From Chrysomallon squamiferum (lineage: Eukaryota > Animalia > Mollusca), in NCBI GenBank assembly GCA_012295275.1, contig CM022670.1, forward strand, positions 12,524,001 through 12,588,000: a DNA stretch of 64,000 nt, in the 5' to 3' direction. Below, piece after piece: positions 56,212-64,000 of this stretch. Within the stretch, counting starts at the first letter, position 1. Each line of letters starts with the position of its first letter. Both the position numbers and the translations under genes were made by a program. The notes beneath the pieces were generated by a model that did not search any database, had not been told where the DNA came from, and saw only the letters and a program-made list of their open reading frames with translations.

Positions 56212-58161
56212 TGTTTGTCTCTCTATTTAGTCTCTCTGTCTGCATGTCTGTGTATATATATCTGTCTACCACACTCTCTCTCGCTGTCTCTGTTTCTCTG
56301 TTTCTCTCAGTCACGTATTTTTTTATTTTCGTATTAATTAAACGTGACCGATACTAAAAAAAAAAAGAACCCAAAGAAACAACTATATCATAAAAACGAA
56401 TCAATGACTGTTTGCTTAACAACACATAAATTACATTATTATATCAACTGCTGTATAGACGTAGTCATTTCCCTTTGTGATTAAGAAAACCCCTGTTATT
56501 ACATTCTGTCAATCCAGTTTACCACGTAGGATGTTTTATTATCAGTTTCGTATTTAAAGAAATACAAAACTAACTAACGCACTAACTAACTAACTAACTA
56601 ACAAACTAACTAGCTAAATAAATAAAGAAATAGTACATACCTGCCTTTAATATATAATTTGTATTTCTTAAGAACCTAGTAGGATCTGGAAATTCTAATT
56701 AGGTTAAAACAGAGGATTTTTTCTTTTCCTTCTTTATCTGTTAGTGCTAACTTAAAAGGTCATTATGTGAAGAAAAAAAATATATAGTTTTAGCTTAAAG
56801 TATTACTGTGGTAGCAAAACCAGTGTTAATTTCATTTAAGCAAAAAGACTGTTTAGAAAAATCACAATTCTCGAAAAGAGTCAAGAAAATGCAAATAAAA
56901 GTGTGTTTTGGGCGATTTGTTGATAACGTTATAATAAAAAGAAAAAAATCCTCTATTCTAGCCTAATAATTTAAACAAAATAGCTAAGATATGTTAGTCA
57001 TTGTTTTGAATCTATGATTAGTCTATAACAGTGTTAATCTGTTTAATAATCCGATTTATATTTATTTGTTTGTTTGTTTGTTTATTGATTTTACTTTATT
57101 TTATTTTTTTATAATTTATTTATATGTATTTTTCAGTCATTTTAGTTTCTTTTGTTAAAAACAAACTGTTAAAAATAAGAATTATATATAATTAATAAAT
57201 AACTAATGAATGAATAAATTATTAAATAAATAAAGCAAAAAAAAAATAATGATTTTAAAAGTTAATAATTTATTAGAATAAATTAAATAAAATTATTCAA
57301 AATAACAATAAAATATAAATAACAATAAAATAAATTTATACGAAAGAAAATATATATATATAAAAAAAATAATATATTTCCATTCAAGTAAAAAAATAAC
57401 AAACACACAAGAAAAAAAAAAATAATAATAAAAATAATTTAAAAAAAAAAGAAGAAAAAAAAAATAAAACAGTTAAGAAAAAAGAAATAGCAAAATTTTA
57501 ATTAATTTATTTATTTATTTATTTATTTATATATTTATTTAATTACTATAAATAATCCTCTCTACGTGATTAAACTACAAGAAATTTTAAAATTTATTCT
57601 ACAGCAAACAGAAACACAGAGACGAGAGAAGAAGACATAAATAAAAATCATTGTGTGTTTTTGCGTTATGTAACCTGCGGCAGGCTACAGCTTTCTACCG
57701 GCTGCTTCATTAGATACAATCTTGTTTTTGTTAATACGCCTCTATTAGCCTCTCAATTTTCAGTTCATCAGCCTTCAGCGCCGCAATATTTCACTGACTG
57801 AAAAATCAAACGAAAGTGACACCAGTAGGAGCTCCGTATAATTGGATCGGACAGTTTCGGCGCTACCCGGATATAACGGTTTCTTGGGGAAAGGCGCACG
57901 TGCTGCCGAATAAGTGTGAAATATTTCGCCGCGGCAACATCTGGCCTAATAGAACGGCCGTTTATCAGATTTTATACATTAAAATTTATCTCTGATTCAA
58001 ACATCTGGGATGGGAATAGGATGTCCGAGGTGTTGTGGTTTGTTGTGACGCATGGGCAATATGGCCAGGTAGACGCGGAGCCAGGTGTTATTTTAAGTTA
58101 GAGCTGTTTGTGGGATCTTTTATTAATATTTTATTTATTTATTTATTTATTTGTTTGTTTA

Positions 58162-58192
<31 letters not shown>

Positions 58193-59090
58193 TATTTTTT
58201 ATTTTTTTATTTTTTATTTTTTAATATCGTATTATTTTATTCTTATTTTGTAATTTTATTTTTAATATATTTCATGTTTGCATTTTCTCTTATTTTCTTT
58301 TAATTATTTCGTGTCATTTTATTTTATTTCATTGTACTTTATTTCACTTTATTTTATTGAACATTTTATTTCTTTATATTTTATATATATATATGTATTT
58401 GTCAAAAAAAATATATGTATATTATTTTTTATTTATTATTATTATTTTTTTTATAGACCTTTCATTAAATGAATTAACTTTTCTGTAAATTCTTCACATT
58501 ACATACATGCACGTACATTTATGTATGTATTTTATTATTAAAAATGTTGAAATATGCTGGTTTCTACGTAATTAGGTAAACTAAATATTATTAAAATGTC
58601 GCTTTGTTCTGGAAACATGCCAGAAAACACAAAAGCAAATTAACATAACGATAGAAATACACACACTTTGTTTCAACGGAATATTTTATTTCTAATTAAG
58701 TATCTGCTGTGTTTACTTTATAAACAGAACTCAGTAATCTCGTATTATCTGTTTATTCATGAGCCCGATCTGCGGTTCGCATACACGACATATGCGAATA
58801 GTATGTAAATCTACTTTTACATTTTGAATCGACAGTTATTTATCTTTTTTATACTTGTCCATAGAGAGATATTACATATTAAACAGTTTCAAACGTTCCA
58901 AACAGTGCATTAATGATTGGTATTTTAAGGCAGTGGTATTTGATTCTGTTGTGCACCCTCAAAAAATTGTTTTTACATTTTGCTGCTACTCTGTGTTGTA
59001 ATTAAAATAATAATAATAATAAATGATGATGATGGTAACAGTAGAAGTAGCAGTAGTAGCGGTAATATCAGTATTAGTAGTGATGGTGGA

Positions 59091-59125
<35 letters not shown>

Positions 59126-59145
59126 GTAATAGTAGTAGTAACAGC

Positions 59146-59189
<44 letters not shown>

Positions 59190-59862
59190 CAATAATAATA
59201 GTAACAATAACGATACAGTAATAATAATAGATGTTTGGTATCCTTTCATAGTAAAGTATGGTAACGCTCATTAATGAACTATTCATTTATTATTTAACCA
59301 ACATCTAAATGTTTCTCAGCTGTAAACACAGTATTATTTACAATTTAATTACGCTTTGATAATAACTGTCCACAACACATAACACAAAATATACAAATAC
59401 GCAGCTATTGTTAAATAAACAAAAAAAAAATGTTTTCTATTCTTCGTTCAAAAGCTTCGTATTTATTTGACCAGCAACCCGAATATTTTCATCCATATGT
59501 TTACCATCTAATTGCTGCTTCATAACGCACATTGTTTGTAGCGCACCGCACCTGTAGTTTCAGTCAGGTGCGCGTGCTTTAGGAAAACAAAGGTGTATTG
59601 GCCAGTCAGAACAAAAATCGATGTTGTTTAGAAAAGTGTAAATATTAACATCACATCAGTAATTAACGGTCTGTTTCAAGTAATGCTGCGGACGTTCTTG
59701 TCCTATTTTACAATCGAAATTAACTAACATTTGTCATGAACTCTGTTTGTCTGTTTGTCTGTTTGTTTGTATGTGTTTCTTTCATTTGTAAGACTTCAGA
59801 AATAAGGTTATGAATGGTAATGAAATATTGTGTGTGTGTGTGTGTGTGTGTGTGTGGGATGA

Positions 59863-59899
<37 letters not shown>

Positions 59900-60076
59900 T
59901 AGATGCATACATACATGTTGTCATGCATATACTGAGAGAGAATAACTAACAAATAATATTGAATTAAAATAAAATAAAATAAAATGATTAATCAGTTAAT
60001 AACAATAAAACAAATATTATAATCTAAACATTATAATAGTAGTCGTAGTAGCAGTAATGGTAATAGTAGCAATAGT

Positions 60077-60190
<114 letters not shown>

Positions 60191-60760
60191 TAGTACTAGT
60201 AGTAGTAAATAAATAAATAAATATTAAAATAATTGTCTAACTAGGAAATTACCCTGTCATTTACTCACACTCACACTCTCAGTCACTCACTCACTCAAAT
60301 ACAAATCACTATTTACTCACTCAAATACAAATCTCTATTTATTCACTTATTCATTCACTCGGGCACGTTCTCACGTACGGACAAACAAGAGAAGTGGGGA
60401 AAGGTTTGTTAAAATATCTGTTGAATTGATTTTATTCCGTCGATTTCACGAAGTATTTTAAACGTTCGTTTGAAACACGAAAGATGTAAGTAAACTGATA
60501 CAGATAGATAGACAGACAGGCAGATAGCAGGAGAAAAAGAACAATGATTTATGTTCAAACATGCATATTGCAGAGAAACAGAAGGGTTGATAGATTATGG
60601 CGCATGCACTACTTGTACATAAATGAAAGAGAAATTTTGAGACTGTCAAATGAAATAAATAATGACTGGTTAATGAAAAAAAGATGAAAAAAAAAAAAAG
60701 TAGAATAAAGCACAAACTTAACAAATGTGTCAAAGGCATACAGTCATCCTTCCAGAAAAA

Positions 60761-60803
<43 letters not shown>

Positions 60804-62340
60804 ATAGCAAAAAAAAATAAATAAAAAACACGCCAATAACGAAACACGAAAATAATATTTCGGAACTGTACTTTAATAAATCGCTTTATTCATTTCTATA
60901 ATAGACACTGAACTGTTATTACTATTTAGACGAATATTCTCGGCCATTATTAGCAAGAAATTTTAGAGACAATTATAAAATAGCATGTGGAAATGGTCCC
61001 CACACACGCAACATGTTCGTTGATGACAGATCAGACTTGTACAATTTACGTAGTCATAGCCTTATTAATTCGGCTATCGTATTTCTCTGGAAGATTAATT
61101 AGGTACGTGAAGATGGATATTTTTTCTTCCACTCAGTAGGATAAGAAACTTCGTTTAATTACAGTTTTTACATTACATGACCAAAGAAATCATTAGATAA
61201 CTGGTTTTGTTAGAATTTGGAGTAGTAGTAGTTGTAATAATGGTGGTGACGTCAGTAGAAGCCAGCAGGGTGATAGTAATGGTGATGGTGCTGGTGCTGG
61301 TAGTAGCAATAACAGTGGTGATATCGTCATGGTAGTAGTAGTGGTGGTGGTGTAGCAGTTGTGGTGGTGATCGTGGTGGTGGTGGTGGTAGTGCTGGTGG
61401 CAATAGTAATGATAGTAGTAGAAGAAATGATAATAGTATTAATAGTAGTGGGAATGCTGATAAAAAGAGCAGTAGTAATAGCGGTAAAGTAATAGTAATA
61501 ATAGTAATAGTAGCAGTAGCAGTAGAAGTAGTAGTTGTTGATATTATTGTTCTTGTTGTTGTCATTATTATTATTATTATTATTATTTTATTATTTGTTA
61601 TTATTAGGATTACTGCTACTGAGGTTGCTATCTTTGTCTTTTTTTTTCTTTCTTTTTTTTTTTTTTTTTTGAATATGACTAAGCAAAGGGAATAAAATCC
61701 AGAATATGAACAGAATCAATAACAGACCTTCACGCGGTCGGACAGTCATGTGAACCTACAGATACATTTGAATGGATGGATTTACACTCATCATTTTTTA
61801 TTACTAATACTGTTACTGCCGAACACTGTCAGACACAGGGCTTATTTTTTTTTTTTTAGTTTTTTTTTTTTGGTAACAACGACAACTATGACGTCCACGA
61901 CAACAGCAACAAAATAAATTGTATGATTGTTGTCACCAACCCTCCTCAAATTATCTTGCAATCAGCAAATGTCATTGAACATTCAACGAGTCGGACATTT
62001 TTTTATGGTTGCTGTTAAACGTATTTATGAAGGTTTTTATGGTGATCCATTTTTGGAAACTTTATTTCGGGAACCATTGTTAAAAAATAAAAAAGCGAAA
62101 GAGAAGACGTGGAGAAAACTTATTTGCAGTAATACCAGTTCAGTTTTTTTGATAACATAATTTATTGGACGTATCAATAATCTATTGAAAGCTTTTGCTT
62201 TTCTGAAATGACACACTCAGGAGAAAGCAACTGCTGCAGAATAATTGTAGTAGTCAGTATGATATTATTACTACTATTACTATTATTATTATAATAATTA
62301 TTATTACTATTGCTATTACTATTATTACTATTACTATTAC

Positions 62341-62374
<34 letters not shown>

Positions 62375-62584
62375 GTTGTTGTTGTTGTTGTTGTTGTTGT
62401 TTTTATTGTTGTTGTTGTTGTTGTTGTGGTCGTGGTGGTGGTTCTCGTTCTTATTATTTGATATCTTGAATAAAGGAATGATTTAATCTTTGTTAATCCA
62501 AGAATTAAAAGATGGTATTTGGCTTCCATACTCTCCCTTTGAATACATATTCTACTGTTCGACGTAAGAATAAAACCAAATAAC

Positions 62585-62617
<33 letters not shown>

Positions 62618-62818
62618 TTTTTATTTATTTTTTTCATTTTTTAAGTAGAAAGAGTGAGACAGAAATAAGGCTCCAGAATGATTCCATATGTTTATTTTTA
62701 GCGAAGATCCCAGATCGCTGGAATAAAGCAGCAATAACTAATGGTGATATGTCTTAGTTAGAAATCATAGCATCCGATCACTGACTGGCGGAAGCTTATT
62801 GTAATTCCAATATTTATC

Positions 62819-63038
62819 AGTCACGTGACTGTGGCCACTGCGTCGAACGAAAATAGCGCGCACACCACTAGCAAACGTATTGTGTTGGGCAGCTCTTTGT
62901 ACTGGAGCAGTTTATCGATTTCAAATCTGTTTCCAATTTTAACAAACCGTTTCAGATAAAATCATGAACTTAACTGGTTATAAGAGAGCGAGAGAGAGAG
63001 AGAAACGAGAGAAAAAATCAATCAGAATTATGGTGAGT
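62819..63038 (+). promoter_or_regulatory. Probable promoter and first exon (ATG-only) of a downstream gene
   Basis: Palindrome AGTCACGTGACT (62819-62830), CpG-richer context, an initiator-like CAGTT near 62908, and ATG (63030-63032) directly followed by the donor gtgagt. Confidence 0.4.
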
Positions 63039-64000
63039 AACTTCCTCTTTACCTGTGTTTTAAAAACGTTGTGAACTTTTTTTTCGTTTTTTTTTTTTTT
63101 TTTCCCCTACTATCCCACCCCCTGTCAGCACGAGCTGAGGCGAACGTGTGTTTTGATTCGGCGTTCACTGCACGGTGTTAGTGACGTCACAACCATGTGA
63201 TATATTTTACCTGTATAGCGACAGTGGCAAGATATTCAGTCACATTGGCAACCTTCATCAAAGAACGATGGAGTACAATTCGATGTGGCCTGGGACAGAG
63301 ATTAGTAAGTACGTTTTTTTCTTATACTATGTTAGCATTAGTGTTCTTTTTTTTATTATTCTCTCTCTGTTACTCAGTATTAAGATACATTTTCAACCGT
63401 AGTTATATCATCAAATAGCAGACACTGTGTTTCGAATCTGTAATTAGTCATATGACTCGATGAATAGAGATAAGTAATCTAAACGCCCTTATGATAATAC
63501 CATATGGTATAGTATTTCGCAATACTATGGTATGCTGGGCAAATTCATCCATATGTTGGACAGACAAACCACTTGCTCGGAATTCAGACATGTAGACAGT
63601 CAAACCAGTTCAACGGTTTAGGGCTGAAAGACAAACTGATAACCTGAAATAGCTTAAGTCTTAAGATGGTCGTGAGATTTTCGACAGAAATACAACAGAG
63701 ATCCATTATAATATATTTATCGACGGGTTTTTGGAAGCTAGTATCAGTGACGTTCGGTTATTTTTTTTTTGTATTTTTTTAATACAAAAACCAGAAGAAG
63801 CATATGGCGCGAAACTGCAAAATCGATACTGCTATCTCATCAACTGATGCTGCTTTCAGCATTGCGACTTTATTTGGAACAAAGATTGCTGTTTGCGTGA
63901 GTGATGTGTATATGTGTTAGGAATACAAATCAAAGCTTGAGAAGATTTGGTTATTTTGACGGGTTTCGCGATAGTGGAACAGTTCTGTTTTTTACGTGTT

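Overview
AT-rich, microsatellite-laden animal genomic DNA. A mollusc (possibly gastropod) origin is inferred from repeat style and SINE-like remnants and is not proven. The first 19 kb holds three intron-containing genes: the 5' part of RRP8/nucleomethylin (minus strand, running off the left edge), a 12-exon integrin-linked kinase (ILK) gene head-to-head with it as in humans, and a two-exon RING + NHL-repeat E3 ligase-like gene with no B-box or coiled coil. ILK and the RING-NHL gene each carry a 1-bp indel in a homopolymer, probably an assembly error. The most interesting signal is a frame-preserving 72-nt candidate cassette exon in the ILK pseudokinase domain. It is a partial duplicate of the next exon and is flanked by Quaking- and Rbfox-type motifs. 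A degenerate minus-strand coding-like locus lies at about 19.4-28.2 kb. From about 28 to 62 kb I see no credible protein-coding gene, only microsatellites, SINE/MITE remnants, small tandem duplications and GC-richer islands. A probable promoter and ATG-only first exon of a further gene sit at about 62.8-63.0 kb. I found no convincing wholly new multi-gene system. All alignments were done by eye and from memory, with no database searches.
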